The position numbers were made by a program, and so were the translations under genes. Source: the human T2T-CHM13v2.0 reference genome, Homo sapiens. Taken from it: a stretch of 64,000 bases of DNA. Under the pieces are notes generated by a model. It was not told where the DNA came from. It was given only the letters and a program-made list of their open reading frames with translations, and ran no database searches. This document shows, in pieces, positions 44,330 to 58,790 of this stretch (the stretch's first letter is position 1; each line of letters begins with the position of its first letter). The stretch lies in assembly GCF_009914755.1 (NCBI RefSeq), contig NC_060929.1; one strand, written 5' to 3'.

Positions 44330-47200
44330 TTCATACAAGGGTGCCCACTCTCAGAACTTCTATTCAACATAGTACTGGATGTCCTAGCCAGAGCAATTAG
44401 GCAAAAGAAAGAAATAAAAGGCATGAAAATTGGAAAGGAAGAAGTTAAATTGTTTCTGTTTGCAGTTGACATGATCTTATATATAGAAAACACCAATAAC
44501 TCTGCCAAAAAATTTAGAATTCATAAATGAATTTAGTAAAGTTGCAGGATACAATGTGAACATACAAAATTCAGTAGCATTTCTACACATCAACAACAAA
44601 CTATACAAAAAAAGAAATCAAGAAAACAATCCTATTTATAATAGCAACAAAAAATACTTAGATGTAAATTTAAACAAAGAGGTGAATGATCTTTACACTG
44701 AAAACTACAAAACATTGATGAAAACAATTGAAGAAGCCACAAATAAATGGAAAGATATATCATGTTCATGGATTGGAAAAAGTAATATGTTTGAAATGTC
44801 CATACTATCCAAAGTGATGTACATATTGAATGCAATCTCTATCAAAATTCCTATGACATTTTCCCACAGAAATAGAAAAACAACTCTCAAATCTGTATGG
44901 AATCACAAAAAACTCTGAAAAGCCAAAATAATCTTGATCGAAAAAAGCAAGGCAGGAGATATCACATTACCTGACTTCAAATTATACTACATAGCTATAG
45001 CAATCGAAACACCATGGTACTGGCATAAACGCAGACACATAGACCAATTACACAGAATAAAGAGCCCATAAATAAATCTACATATTATAGTCAATTGACT
45101 TTCAACAAAGGTGCCAGGAACACACATGGGGAAAGAACAGTCTCTTCAAAAAATGGTGTTGAGAAAACTGAATGTCCACAAGATTGATCTTAGGCCCTTA
45201 TTTCATACCATATAAAAATATAAATTCAAAATAAGTTAGACTTAAATGTAAGACCTAGCACTATAGAACTCCTGGAAGAAAACAGGGGAATAACTCCAAG
45301 ACATTGGTCTGGGCAATAATATTTTATGATATGACTCTAAAGCACAGGCAAGAAAAGCAACAAAACACAAATGGAATAGCATCAACCTAAAAAGCTTCTG
45401 CACAGCAAAAGAAAGTCAACAGAGTGAAGTGATAACCTACAAAATGGGAGAAATTATCTGCAAACTATACATTTGATAAGAGGCTAATGTCCAAAATATC
45501 TTAGGAACTCAAACAACACAATAATAAGAAAACAAGGAACCCTAATGAAAAATTGACAAAGGATCTAAATAGACATTTCTCAAAAGAAGACATACAAATG
45601 GCCAACAGATATATAAAAATGCTAATTATCACTGATCATCAGAGAAATGCATATTAAAACTACAATAAAATGCCATTTCACATCCGTTAGAATGGCTGTT
45701 ACAGAAAAGGCAGAAGATACCAAGTGTTGGAGAGGATGTGGAGAAAAGGAAAACCTTGTAATTGTTGAGAATGTAAACTATTTCAGCCATTGTAAAAGAC
45801 AGTATAAATGATTCTGTAAAAATAGAATTACCATATGATTCAGTAATGCTATTTCTGGGCATATATTAAAAAGATATCAAATCAGTGTGTCAGTGAGTTA
45901 TCTGTACTCCCATATTTATTGTAGCATTATTCACAACAGCCAAGATGTGGAATTAACTTAAGTATCCATCGACACATGAGTGGATGAAGAAAATGTGGTA
46001 CACATACACAATAGAATAGTATACAACCTTAAAAAATAAAAAAAGTATCATTTGTGACAACATGAATGAACCGGGAGGACATTATACTGAGTAAAATAAT
46101 CCAGGCACAGAAAGCCAGATACTGCATAATCTCACTTGTATGTGGAGGTCTAAGAAGGCTGAACACATAGAAGTACAGAGTAGAATGATGGTTACCAGGA
46201 GGATTGGGTAGATGTTGGTCAAAGGGTACAAAATTGCATTGTACAGGAGGAATGAATTCAACAGATCTATTGTGCAATATGGTGACTATAGTGGATAACA
46301 ATGTATTGTTTTTAAATTTAATTTTTGTGGGTACATAGCAGGTGTATACATTTATGGGGTACATGAAATATTTTGGTACAGGCATGCAATGTACAATAAG
46401 TACATAATGGAAAATTGGATATTCATCCCCTCAAGCATTTATTATTTGTGTTATAAACAATCCAATTATACTCTTTCAGTTATTTTTAAATGTATAATTG
46501 AATTTTAGACTGCAATCCCCCTGTTGTGCTATCAAATACTAGGTCTTATTAAATCTTTCTTTTTTTGTACCCATTAACCATCCCCCACCTCTCCCAACCC
46601 CCACTACCCTTCACAGCCTCTGGTATACTTCCTTCTACTCTCTATCTCCATGAGTTCAGTTGTTTGCTTTTTGGATTCCACATATAAGTGATAACACATA
46701 GTATTTGTCTTTTTGTGCCTGGCTTATTTCACTTAACATAATGACCTCCAGTTTCATCTATGTTGTTGCAAATGACAGGGTCTCATTCCTTTTTATGGCT
46801 GAATAATACTTCATTGTATATAAGTACCACATTTTCTTTATTCATTCATCTGTTGATGGACACTTAGGTTGACTCCATAACTTCGCTATTGTAAATAGTG
46901 CTGCAACAAATACGGGAGTGCAGATATCTCTTCGATATACTGATTTCTTTTTTGGGGGGTATATATGCAGCAGTGGGATTGCTGGACCACATGGTAGCTC
47001 TATTTTTACTTTTTTGAGGAGCCTTCAAACTGTTCTCCATAGGGGATGTACTTGTATTCTTCAAAATTGCTAAGAGTAGATTTTTAAGTGTTCTCATAAA
47101 AAAAGATAAGCATGTAAGGTAATGCATATGTTAGCTTAACATGGCTATTTTACAATGAATATATATTTCAAAACATATAATTTTATTTATCTGATAAAAT
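44330..47200 (+). mobile_element. L1MA 3' portion (ORF2 end and 3' UTR), split at about 46310-47050
   Basis: ORF2-like translations at 44321-44918. The 3' UTR resumes at TTGTATTCTTCAAAATTGCTAAGAGTAGA. Confidence 0.85.
46308..47050 (-). mobile_element. L1MA 3' end inserted antisense into the previous L1
   Basis: TTTTGTGGGTACATAG...TATGGGGTACATGA...CAAACTGTTCTCCATAG. Confidence 0.85.
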
Positions 47201-47209
47201 AAATATAAA

Positions 47210-49670
47210 ATATGAAACTTTATATTAATAAATTTGACAATCATAAGGAATGGTCAAGTTCCTATGAAAAATACCTACTTTTATGAAATGATCAGAAAAA
47301 AACTAGAAAAACTGAGTAGTTTTTTTTTCATTGTAGAAATTTTATTTAGAAAATTTTTTTTTCCTGTAGAAAGAACTCCAGGGCTAGGTGGATGCAATAT
47401 TTAATAAAGAAATATTACCAAATATTTAATAAAGAAATAATGCCAATGTTACATGAATATTTTTAGAGAATTGGGAAGACATAACACTTTCCAACTTGTT
47501 TTATATGGTGGTACCTCCATGATAGTAAAACCATACAAGGATATTAAAAGAAATGAAATTACAGACTAATATACTACATAATAATTCTAAACAAAAATGT
47601 TTGCAAATATAATCCAACAATATACTCCAAAGAAAAATACATCATGACTAAGTGCAGTAATTTCAAGAATGTATGGTTTAAAATTAGAAAACCAAACAAT
47701 GAAATTAACCACATTAACTGAATAAAAGAAAAAAATATGGTTATTTCAATAGCTGTGGGAAAAGCACTTGTTCACATTTGAAACTATTTGTAATAATAAC
47801 AAACTAGGAATAGAAGAGAACTGATGTAAATATCTTAATATATACACAAAAACTACTCTCAACATTATAAATAATCATGACATATTAAACAGTTTCATTC
47901 TAACATGAGGAACAAGGTACACATGTCCAGCTCAACACTTTATTCATCATTAAAATAATACTGTGCAGTAAAATTAACAAGGAAAATTTTAAAAAGAACA
48001 CAAAAGAAAACTACAAATCCTTATCCCTGATCAACACAGATGTAAAAATACTCAACAAAATTCTAGCAAACTGAAGCTAACAACACATCAAAAAGATAAT
48101 TCATCATGATCAAGTGGGCTTTATTCCAGGGGTGCTTGAATGGTTCAAAATAGACAAATCAATAAACATGATTCACCACATAAATGGAACTGAGAACAAA
48201 AACCCTATGATCATCTCATTAGATGCAGAATAAGCATTTGATAAAATCCAACATCTGTTTATGATAAAAACCCTCAACAATATAGGTATAGATGGAGTAT
48301 ACCTCAAAAAATGAGTCATCTATGACAAAGCCACAGCCAACATCATCCTGGATGGGCAAAAGTTAGAAGTGTTGCTTCTAGAAACTGGAAAAAAGCAAGG
48401 ATGTTCACCTTCATCATTCCTATTCAATACAGTACTGGAAGTGCTAGCCAGAACTATCAGAAAGGAGAAAGAAATAAAAGGTATACAAATTAGAAAAGAA
48501 GTCAAATGATCTCTGCTCACTGATGACATGACTGTAGGCCTAGAAAACCCTAAAGTCTTCAGAAGACTCCTAGACTTGATACACGACTTCAGTAAAGTCT
48601 TGGGATAAACAAGCCACAAAAATCAGTTGTATTTCTATACACCAAATACATTCAAGCTGTTTGAATGTTTGTTGAGATTAATTTGTTGAGAACCAAATTA
48701 AGAACTCAACTGAATTTACAATAGCCATGAAAAATACCTAGGAATGCATAACTATATAAATGAAAGATCTCTACAAGGAGAACTACAAAATACTAATGAA
48801 AGAAATTATAGATGACATAAACAAATGGAAAAACATCCCATGCTCATGGATTAGAAAAATCAATAGCTAAAGTGACCATATCACCCATACAATCTATAGA
48901 GTTAATGCAATTCCCATCAAATTACCAACGTTATTTCTCACAAAATTAAAAAAAAATCCTAAAGTTCACATGGAGCCAAAAAAAGATCCCTAATAGCCAA
49001 AGCACTTCTAAGCAAAAAACAAAGCAAAACAAAACAAAGCCCCCAGAGCAAAAGACAAATATGGTTCCTACAAATGAAGACCAATGGTAATGCTTATCTG
49101 TTCGTGGTAGAAGTGTAAATTGGTAGGATTGTTAAAAAAAATAGTGTAGCATTTCATGGTAATGTTGAATAACTCAATAATTTTACTTTTAAATATATAC
49201 CCCAGAGGATATCTTGCACATATGAACCAGGTGATTTACAAAAGAATGTTCATAGCAGCATTGTTTGTAATGGTTAAAAACTGGAAAAATTTCAAGTGTT
49301 CATCAACAATAGATCTGAGGAATGAAGTCCGACATATTCATGTAGTGGAATATCATATAGCAATACGAATGGATGAATTACACCAACATTCAACAAGGTT
49401 GTAATATGCAAACTTATTATTGAATCAAGGTGAAAGTACCTTCTGATAAAGGTGAAAGAACTTCTACAAAATAATTTCATTTATATAAGTTTCAAAGAAC
49501 CAAACTAAATAATGCATCACTTGAGAACCATTAAAGTCTATTAAAAAACACATACAATGCAATGGAAGGACAGTGGTCATATCCAGCAGGAAATAAAGGA
49601 GAACACAATTGGCAAGGAGCACCCAATGGGAGTCTAAGGCACTAGTAAAGTTCTATTTTGTTTCCAATCC
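47210..49670 (+). mobile_element. Mosaic of old L1 fragments (ORF2 RT region about 48000-49020; L1ME-like 3' end about 49070-49660)
   Basis: A-rich L1 ORF2 motifs (CATGATCAAGTGGGCTTTATTCCAGGG; AAGATCTCTACAAGGAGAACTACAAAA). Confidence 0.75.
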
Positions 49671-49683
49671 TCCAAGACATCTA

Positions 49684-49832
49684 GTTTTTTTATTTTTCTG
49701 AGACATGGTGGCCCAGGCTGGAGTACGATAGTGTGATCTTGGCTCACTGCAACCTGTGTCCTGGGCTTAAGTGATCCTCCCACCTCGGCCTCCCAAAGTA
49801 CTGGGATTACAGGTGTGAGCCACCATGGCCGG
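49684..49832 (-). mobile_element. Short Alu (monomer length or internally deleted)
   Basis: The right-arm end joins directly to left-arm sequence (GTGATCCTCCCACCTCGGCC). Confidence 0.8.
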
Positions 49833-50119
49833 CAAATGTTCTATTTCATATCCTGTATGGTGGACACATAGATGTTCTCTTTTTTATTATTCCTTGAACA
49901 CTAAGTATATGTTTATTTATATTCTCTGTGGAATACCTCCTTATTTCTCAGTCAATTCAGGATACCTCCTTACCCCCATCCCCTTTTTACTTTTCGTCAT
50001 GTCATATAGTTTCTGAAATATAGAAAAGCTTACATATTATCCTGTCATCAAAGCGGCATGGAGGCATTTGGTAGAATAAATATTATTTGTTGATTATTCA
50101 TCCTTTCCTTTCACTTTAC

Positions 50120-51100
50120 AGAGTCAATCAAACACCAGGTCATGTTAATTTTACTGTCACGCACATATCTTGAATTTGCCTCCTTATCTCTATTTCCACT
50201 ATTCAGTTCAGACCTTGATAATCACTCATCTGCATTGTAGTTGCATTTTTCTAATTATTCTGTTTCTAGTCTTGTTCTAAAATCTTTTTTCCTCCCACAA
50301 TGCAGCTAGAGTGGTCAATTTAAAGCATCATCTATCTCAAGAACAAAAAACCAAACACCGCATGTTTTCACTCATAGGTGGGACTTGAACAATGAGAACA
50401 CTTGGACACAGGAAGGGGAATATCACACACCGCGGCCTGTTGTGGGGTGGGGGGAGAGGGGAGGGATAGCATTAGGAGATATACCTAATGTAAATGATGA
50501 GTTAATGGGTGCAGCACACCAACACGGCACATGTATACATATGTAACCTGCACGTTGTGCACATGTACCCTAGAACTTAAAGTATAATAAAAATAAATAT
50601 TAAAAAAAGAAGCATCATCTTTATTAAAACATTTAACGGTCCTACTATTCCTTATGCTATAAATTTCTTATAATTTAATAAATATTTTTCCATAATTGTG
50701 ACTCTCTTCTATAGCTCTTGTTACTCCCGATATTCTTCTAATTATCAGGCAGCAGTACAAAGCTGCTTACACCTCTTTACACATCTCTTTATTTTAGGCC
50801 TCCTTGCATTTGCTCATGCTGTTCCTTTTTGTTTGAAAAACTTACACATTTCTTCATTTGGTCAATCCTTGCACACTTTCAAGATTCATTTGAGGCCTCA
50901 TTGACTTTGGAAACCTTCCCTGTAATCTTGTATTATTAATTTATCTTAGTTTTCACTTATTAGCTCTTATTAGATTACTGTCCTTACGTGTGTAACTCTC
51001 CCACTAGACAGTAAGCTTTTGGACGGCAGAGATGATGTCTCATTCATCTTTGCATCTTTAGCGCCCAGCCTGGTTTCTGGTTTCCTATAGTCACTCAGTG
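50120..51100 (+). mobile_element. L2 fragment interrupted by an L1
   Basis: GCATTTGCTCATGCTGTTCC...CCACTAGACAGTAAGCT...TCATTCATCTTTGCATC. Confidence 0.6.
50334..50609 (+). mobile_element. 5'-truncated young L1PA 3' end
   Basis: L1 3' UTR plus A tail. TSD AAGCATCATCT at 50323-50333 and 50610-50620. Confidence 0.93.
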
Positions 51101-52040
51101 TTGAGCTAAACCATATTTTTGGAGCAATGACTTGACAATGCAGTATCATGATGGAACTATCACAGATGGACAGAATGAGTCTCTTGATTCCTACATTTAT
51201 TTTTCTATTGATATAGCTGATTTAAAAAGAAACCTGTTAATTATATAATCATGTAATTACCCTGACATAACATCAAACTCCATAAATTACTTTCCATCTC
51301 TGCCTCTCTCTCTTTCTATATATATAACATATACATGTTACAAAAATGCACAGGGAATAAATATGAGCAAAATGGTAAGAAGTGCAGGTCCTAGGTCAGA
51401 TTTCTTGCATTTAGTTGCAGGCTACACCAACTTTAGAGAAAAGATTTAGTGAAAAATAAAAATGAATCATTAATACACCACTTGGCACAGATAAGTTATT
51501 CAGTAAACATTAACATATGTGCATTTATGTTTAACCATGGGTTTAAGTGATTATCCAGAAATCTCCCTCTCTTTGACTATGTTTGAATATTAGATACTTC
51601 TTAATTTATCTTTGCTCTGAATTTGTTTTTTTTCACTCGTTGTATACTCATGGACCATTTTATGTGTTTCAGGAATTGATATTTTATTTAAAAACTGTTA
51701 CTATAGAAAATTAACTTTTGGATAGTCCTGTTCAGACTAAAACTATCATTTGTAAGATCTGTATTACTGCAATCATTGGTGTTAATACTTTGCATTAATT
51801 AAAATTTTTTATGGACATATAATAAGTATTTCTCCCACCTTGATTTTTGTGGCTATCATTTTATTCATTCCATTGCTTTTTTCTCCCAGTTTGCTATGAG
51901 GAAGTTGATAAGTACGTAGGCAAAACGATAGATTGTTTTGGCAGCTTCAGTGTATTTAAGTGCCTGTGATGAGGCTATGGTTTATTTTTCTAATGTAGAA
52001 TTCATAATGTAGAATAAATTTTAAAAACATAAATTTTATT

Positions 52041-52104
52041 CCTGCACATTGTGCACATGTACCCTAGAACTTAAAGTATGATAAAAATATACATATATAA
52101 CAAA
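52041..52104 (+). mobile_element. Extremely truncated L1PA (about 45 bp plus tail)
   Basis: CCTGCACATTGTGCACATGTACCCTAGAACTTAAAGTAT. TSD TTAAAAACATAAATTT at 52021-52036 and 52105-52120. Confidence 0.85.
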
Positions 52105-52689
52105 TTAAAAACATAAATTTCTTTGCACAGCTTTTTCTTTCTGCTATTTTTATTCAATGATTATTTGCTTCCCTTGTTATTTAAGAGCTGACTTTTGGCT
52201 TCATGGCCAAAAATAAAATTCTTAGTAGGAGAAAGTAAATGTGATTTACTGATGAAGATGCCACCCCCAAGTGACCCATTAACCACTTTCCCTGCGTTAC
52301 CCTGGGACAACCAAAGTGATTCCAGGAGACAATTCCCATGACAAGTGATTTCTGGCTGGCAATGCCAGGTCTCTGAAGTTCCACTTGGCCACTGCCCAAG
52401 AACAATTAGTGCCGTTAGTTAACTACCTTTACTATGACAGCATTTTGTGTAACTCTTTGCACAGGGGAGTTTTATGCAACAGACAGAAACTTTCTGAGTT
52501 GTTCTGATTGCCTGAAGATGCCCTGTTTTAGAGGAGCAAAATTTTCCCTGTTTACTGTGTTTCAGTGTTAAAAATATGAATGCATTGTCAGGATTAGCTC
52601 TGGCAATGGTAGTTAAATGCAGATATCCAGACAAAGGAGGTTATAGATTGGAGACTTTGTGCTACTTGATAATGAAGCCTTGGTTTTGA

Positions 52690-55600
52690 TTTTATTTATT
52701 TTTAAGTTGAAAAACAAAACACACACACACAATACAAAACATGGCACAAAACAAACTTATAGTTTGATTTTTGTAAACATCCCTGTAATCATCACATAAG
52801 TCAAGATATAGGACTTTGCCAGCCCTGAAGCATGTGACTCTCCTCAACTGCAGCCACCTTTCTCCTGAAAAGTGACGATAAACATGACTGTTCCAGTAGA
52901 GGCGTCCTTGCATTTTCACGGCTGTGTCCTTCATGCATGCATTCCAAGACACTATGATTTAGTCTTGCCCATTTGTTTTCATTTGTCGTGTTTTTAAAAT
53001 CCCTTCTAACATACAGGTTTCTTTTCAAAGTTTTCTTTCCCATACAATATATTTGTTGAAAAATTTGGGATTTTTGTCACTTGGTGTCCACACTGTGAAT
53101 TTTGCTGGTGAGACTCTCAGTGAAGATCGACATTTTCACTATCCTTTGCGTTTTATCCAAATGACAGTTGAATCCAGAGGTTTGACTAGGACACGTGCTT
53201 GATTCTATTTTTGGTAAGATTGTAGGTGATGGTGTGTTCATTCACCAGGAGGTTTAATTATGGCTTTTATCTTAGCACCTACTACTACTTTCTACTAACA
53301 CCTGTTAATACAAAGAAAGTTAATATTTTCTACTAGCACCTGTTAATCCTCAATATGTACATGTAGGATATGTATAGACACACGTGTGTCTATGCATATA
53401 ATATATAATAAGTACATATTATATATTTTTTAAGAGAAGGAAAGAGCATGTGAGAGAGCACATTGCTTATTTATGTTGATAATACTGATTCTAATGTAAC
53501 TCAGTGGGCTGCTTCTTTCCTTGTCTTATTCCATATCTGTATCTCTGTCCTTTCACAGTGAGAATCTGGGGTTCTAGCAATACAAATATATTAATATTTA
53601 CTCATTGGCTTAATCTTACAATGCACATACATTTGTTTCAGAATTGTTATATTTATACTAATATAAAAAGAAAAAATCCTATCATGAAGATTTAATAATT
53701 TTTTGCAGATATTTTATTTTTTCAAGCAATAGTATGTAGTCAAAGTATGTTCAAAAGTCAATTTGAAATAAGAGAACAGTCAAAAATTAATCAGATTAAT
53801 TATTATTTTCCCCTTAAGTTTGATTATGTCATTCATTCATTTGAAATATATTTGGATTCACTTGTTTCTCATTGCATTCGGTTTTAGAGTCTTGTAATAA
53901 CTTATCTTTGCTTGCTTAATATCACACTTTGAGAGTGTAAAAGATTAACTTAATTAAAAATGTACAATTATGCACAAAAGCATTCACAGAGCAATATCCC
54001 ATTCTCCCATATTTCTTTCACCAAATTTCCCTCTAATTCTTTATAGATAATACATGTTTTCAGATTCTGGTACATTTTGGCTACATTTGTTTGTTTCATG
54101 CTTGTATTTTTGGTGTATTATCTAAGAATGCATTGCCAATCCACAGCAATGTTTTATTTCCATGTTTTCTTCTAAGCATGTATGGTTTTCACTCGTATAT
54201 TTACATTATTGATCCAATCTAGATTTTGTATATAATGTGAGGTAGGGGTCCAGCTTCATTTTTTTTGCATATGAATATTCAGTATTCCCAGCACTTTTTG
54301 TTGAAAAAGCTATTATTCCCCACTGAATAATGTTGGCTCCCTTGTAAAAAAAAGTCAGCTGAATAGAGATGTTTTGCTTAGTCTATGTAAAAGTATATTA
54401 ATTTTATTGATATTTTAAAAGAACCAACTTTTAGTTTTGTTGATCTCTGTATAATTTTTTAATTCTCAATTTCATTTATCTCTGCTCTAATGTTTATTTC
54501 CTTCCTTCTGCTAGCTCTGGATTTTGTTTGCTCTTCCTTTTATGGTTTATTGAGTAAAGTTTGGTTATTGATTTGACATGTTTCTTTTTTAAAATGTAGG
54601 TGTTACAACTCTGAGCACTGCTTTTGATATATCACACCCATCTTGTTATATCTTTGTTTTCAATCGTCTCTAAACATTTTCTAATTTCCCTCATGATTTG
54701 TTCTTTGATTCATTGGTTGGTAAATACTGTGTTGTTTAATTTCCAAATATTTGTAAATTTTCTAGTTTTTCTTTTGTTATTGATATCTTATTTCATTCCA
54801 TTGTGGTCAGTGAAGATACTTTGCATGATTTCAATCTTTTTAAGTTTATTGAGCTTATCTTATGGCCTAACATATCATCTGTGCTGGAGAATGTTCCATG
54901 TTCACTTGAGAAGAATGTGTATTCTGCAGTTTTTGAGAGAAGTGTTATCTATAGTTATTGCTTATAGTTTTATTCAAATCCTCTAATTCCTCCCTTGATA
55001 TTTGCTCTGGATGTTTTGTCCTTTATTAAAGTTGGGTTTTAAAATGCCCAACAATTTTCGTGGAATTGTCTGTCTCTCCCTTTAATTCTCTCAATGGTTA
55101 CATTATATATTTTGGAGCCCTGTTAGTTGGTGTACATATATTTATAATTGTTATATCTTCTTGTTTAATTTTGAAATCAATATATACTGTTCTTTGTATT
55201 TTGTAACAGTTTTTGACTTAAAGTCTATTTTGTCTGATATAAGTATATTTGCCTCAGATCTCCTTTGGTTATTACTTACATGGAATATTTTCTCCCATCC
55301 TTTCATTTCAACTCATTGTGTATTTTGATCTAAAGTGAGTATCTTGTGGACAATATAGTTGGATCATTTTTTAAAAATCCATTCTGTCAATCTCTTTCTT
55401 TGGATTGGAGAGTTTAATTCATTTGTATTTAATGTAATTACTGATAAAGAGGGGCTTACTCCTACCATTTTGCTTTTGTTTTCTGTATGTCTTATACCTC
55501 CTTTGTTCCTAATTTCCTCAATTATCGCCTTCTTTTGTGTTTAGTTGCTATTTTGTAGCATATCACTGTGTTTACCCTCTGCTTTCCTTTTCTGTATTTT

Positions 55601-56055
55601 CAAAAGATATTAACTTAGTGGTTACCATGGGGATTTACAATTAACATTCTTAATTTGGAACAATTTAGAATAAATTGAAACAACTTCAATAGTATACAAA
55701 ATCTCTATTATTATTTAGTTTCCTATGAATTTCTTTATGTTGGTAATTTCACAAACCACATCTTTATACATCATGCTTCATTAACATAGATTTATAGTCA
55801 TTATTTTACACATTTGTTTTAAAACATATAGAATATTTAAAAAGACTTACAAAAAATATGATAATTGCTTTTATATTTACCTATGTAGTTATCCTTACTG
55901 GAGTTATTTCTTTATGTGGTTTTGAGTTACTTTCTAGTGTTTTTTAGTTTGTATCTGAAGGAGTCTTTTTTTTTAAAAGTGTATCTTGAAGTACAGCCTA
56001 CCAAACATGAACTTTTAAAGCTTGCTTGCTTTTCTTTCTTTCTTTTCTTTCTTTT

Positions 56056-56111
<56 letters not shown>

Positions 56112-58300
56112 TCCTTTTCTTTCTTTCTTTCTTTCTTTCTTTTTCTTTCTCTCCCTTTCTTTCTCTCTCTTCTTTCTTTCTTTCTCTTTCTCTCTCTCTT
56201 TTTTTTTTAATCTGGGAATGTGTAATTTATCCTTAATACTTGAAGGGGCATCTTCCAAGTTACAGAATTTTTGGTTGACAGTGTTTTTTTCTTTCAGAAC
56301 TTTAAAATGTCATTCTAAGCTCTTCTGGCACCCATGGTTTATAATGAGCTCTCTGCTGTCAAACTTACTGAGGATCCTTTGTAAATGATGCATTGCCTTT
56401 TTCCTAAGCTCTTCTGGCATCCATGGATTATAATGCACTATCTGCTGTCAAACTTATTGAGGATCCTTTGTAAATGACGCGTTGCCTTTCTCTTGCTGCT
56501 TTCAAACATTCGCTTTGCCTTTTGACAATTTGAAACGTAGTGTGTCTTGGTGTGAATATCTTTGTATATTTCCTTGATGAAGTGCACTGAGCTTTTTGAA
56601 TGTATATATTTGTTTTTAGTGAAATTTGGGAAGCTTTCAAACACATTTCTTCAAATAGTCTTCCTGCCCCTCACTCCCCACCAGGATTCTGTATGTAGGC
56701 ATTCTTGATGTTGTTACACAGGTCTTTAGGCTCTATTCTTTTTTGTTGTCATTCTTTCATTTTCCTGCTCTTCAGACTGAATCATTTCACTTGATCTATC
56801 AAGTTCACTGATTCTTTTTTCCAGCTGCTCAAATCTTCTATTGGAACCCTAAGTAAAAAGTAACTTTTTAATTAGTTATTGTACTTTTCAGCCTCAGAAT
56901 TTTTTTGTACCTTTTAAAAAATTCATATTTCTTATTTATTTATATGTCATTCTCTTGGGTTTCTTTAGCTCTTTAAGTTTATTTAAGACAGTTATATAAA
57001 GTTTTTGTCTAATATTTCCAATATCTGCTTACTCAGGGAGAGTCTCATTTATTTCTTCTGTAAATGGGCCATAGTTTTGTGTTTATTTGCATGCTTCTTA
57101 ATTTTTGTTGAAAACTGGACATTTTGGATATTATAATGTGTTTATTCTGGAAACCAAATTTTTCCCTTCTTCAAGGTTATTTTTGTTACCCACTGTGGGA
57201 TGTAGTTTTTATTTGTTTAGTAACTTTTGTAAACTGGTTTTGTAATATCTGCATTCTTTTTTATGTTTGATGTTTGAAGGCGGCTCGGTTCCTTTAGCTT
57301 GTGTTCATTTAGCATTTAGTGATTTAAAAATGATTTCCTTGACTGCAAGGAGCCAAAAAAGAAAAAAATATGAAAAACATCTCCCAGACTTTGCTTACTG
57401 ACTCTGTATTGGGGCTCCCTCAACACTTAGTGGAGCCATATATAATTCTGCCTTAGCCTTCATTTTTTCTTGCTGTGAGCCTAGGAATTACTAAAGGTGA
57501 GTTATTAGTGTCTTCTCAGGCCTTTTCTGAGCATGTGTCCCACCTTGGCCATGCTTATGGATTTCCAAATTTTTCATTGTATGTAAGCACTTTTGAGTAT
57601 TCGAATTTCCCAAAGGAACTTTCTCTCCTGCTTTTTCCTCAAGTTTTCAGTACAGTATATCTTGCCTCAATTGTAATATTTTGCCTCAAATGGCTGAGGG
57701 TTGTTAATTTGCCTTTGGATGATCTGATTTCTAAAGGTTTGGTGGAATTCTCTGTGAAAACATCTAAACCTAGTGTTTGTGTGTGTGTTATAATTCCATG
57801 ACAACTGTATTTCTCTATGGAAATTGCTCACATAAGTGCTGTACTTCTTTTTTTTTTTTTTTTTTGAAGTCAATTGTGGTGAATTGTATTTTTCTGGAAA
57901 ATTACCCATTCCCTCTAGCTTTCAATGTTTTTCATAGATGTGAACAACATTGTTTTTAATGATTTTTTATTTGCTGATTATCAATAGTTATTTCTCTCAC
58001 CATTCCTTATTCATTTTTGTGCTTTCTCTTTTTTTATTCATGATTAAAAGATCTAATTTTTTGTCAACTTTGTTGATTTGTTTAAAGAACAAGATTTTTG
58101 GTTTACTGATTTGATCTGTTTTTTGGCTTCTTATTTTATTAATTTTCACTTTTTTCTACTATGGGTTCTTTCTTGTACTTTCTGCTTACTCTTTTAGATA
58201 CTTTTTACATTTTTCAGCTGATAATTTAATTCCTACACTTTTATTAATAAATGTGTTAAGGCTATAGATTTTCCTCTGATCACTGCTTTAACTATATCCC
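52690..58300 (-). mobile_element. Stack of ancient L1M fragments
   Basis: T-rich antisense L1 sequence. ORF1-like translation at 56428-56646 (TPRH...LKAARE.Q...YKG..I.LTAD). Confidence 0.65.
56030..56208. repeat. (CTTT)n / CT-rich microsatellite
   Basis: Directly visible. Confidence 0.95.
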
Positions 58301-58306
58301 ATATAC

Positions 58307-58790
58307 AGATGCTCCTTGATGTATGATGAAGTTATGTCCCAACAAACCCCCGTAAACTGAAAATATCATAAGTTAAAAATGCATTTAGCACACCAAAAAT
58401 TATAGGTTAGCCTAGCTTACTTTGAACATGCTCAGAACATTTTGATTAGACTTCATTGGTCAAAATAATCTAACAAAATGTCTAAATAAAGTATTGAATA
58501 ACTGATATTTATTAAATATGGTACTGAAAATAAGAAACAGAATGGTTGTATGGGTACTCATCATTAATGTACATAGCTGAAATTACACAGGGCCTGAAGA
58601 ATTTTTGAAGCATTGAGCTAAAGTTAATTGCTGAATGATGGGACTAATACTTTGACACAGTCAGTGTCTGTCTCTTCCGATGATGAGGGTTGAGAATAGC
58701 TGGTAGAAAGTATTGATGCTTGTTGATGGTAGGCAGGAATTATGTTCTTCAGGAAGATATCAATAATATTGATATCAGGAAGATATCAAT
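58307..58790 (+). mobile_element. Tigger-family DNA transposon (MER47/Tigger5-like)
   Basis: TA followed by the TIR-like start CAGATGCTCCTTGA...TGAAAATATCATAAGTTAAAAATGCATTTA. Right boundary uncertain. Confidence 0.65.

Noticed and set aside
55916-56388. F/L/S-rich and K/E/R-rich ORFs
   Set aside because: Translations of the (CTTT)n microsatellite.
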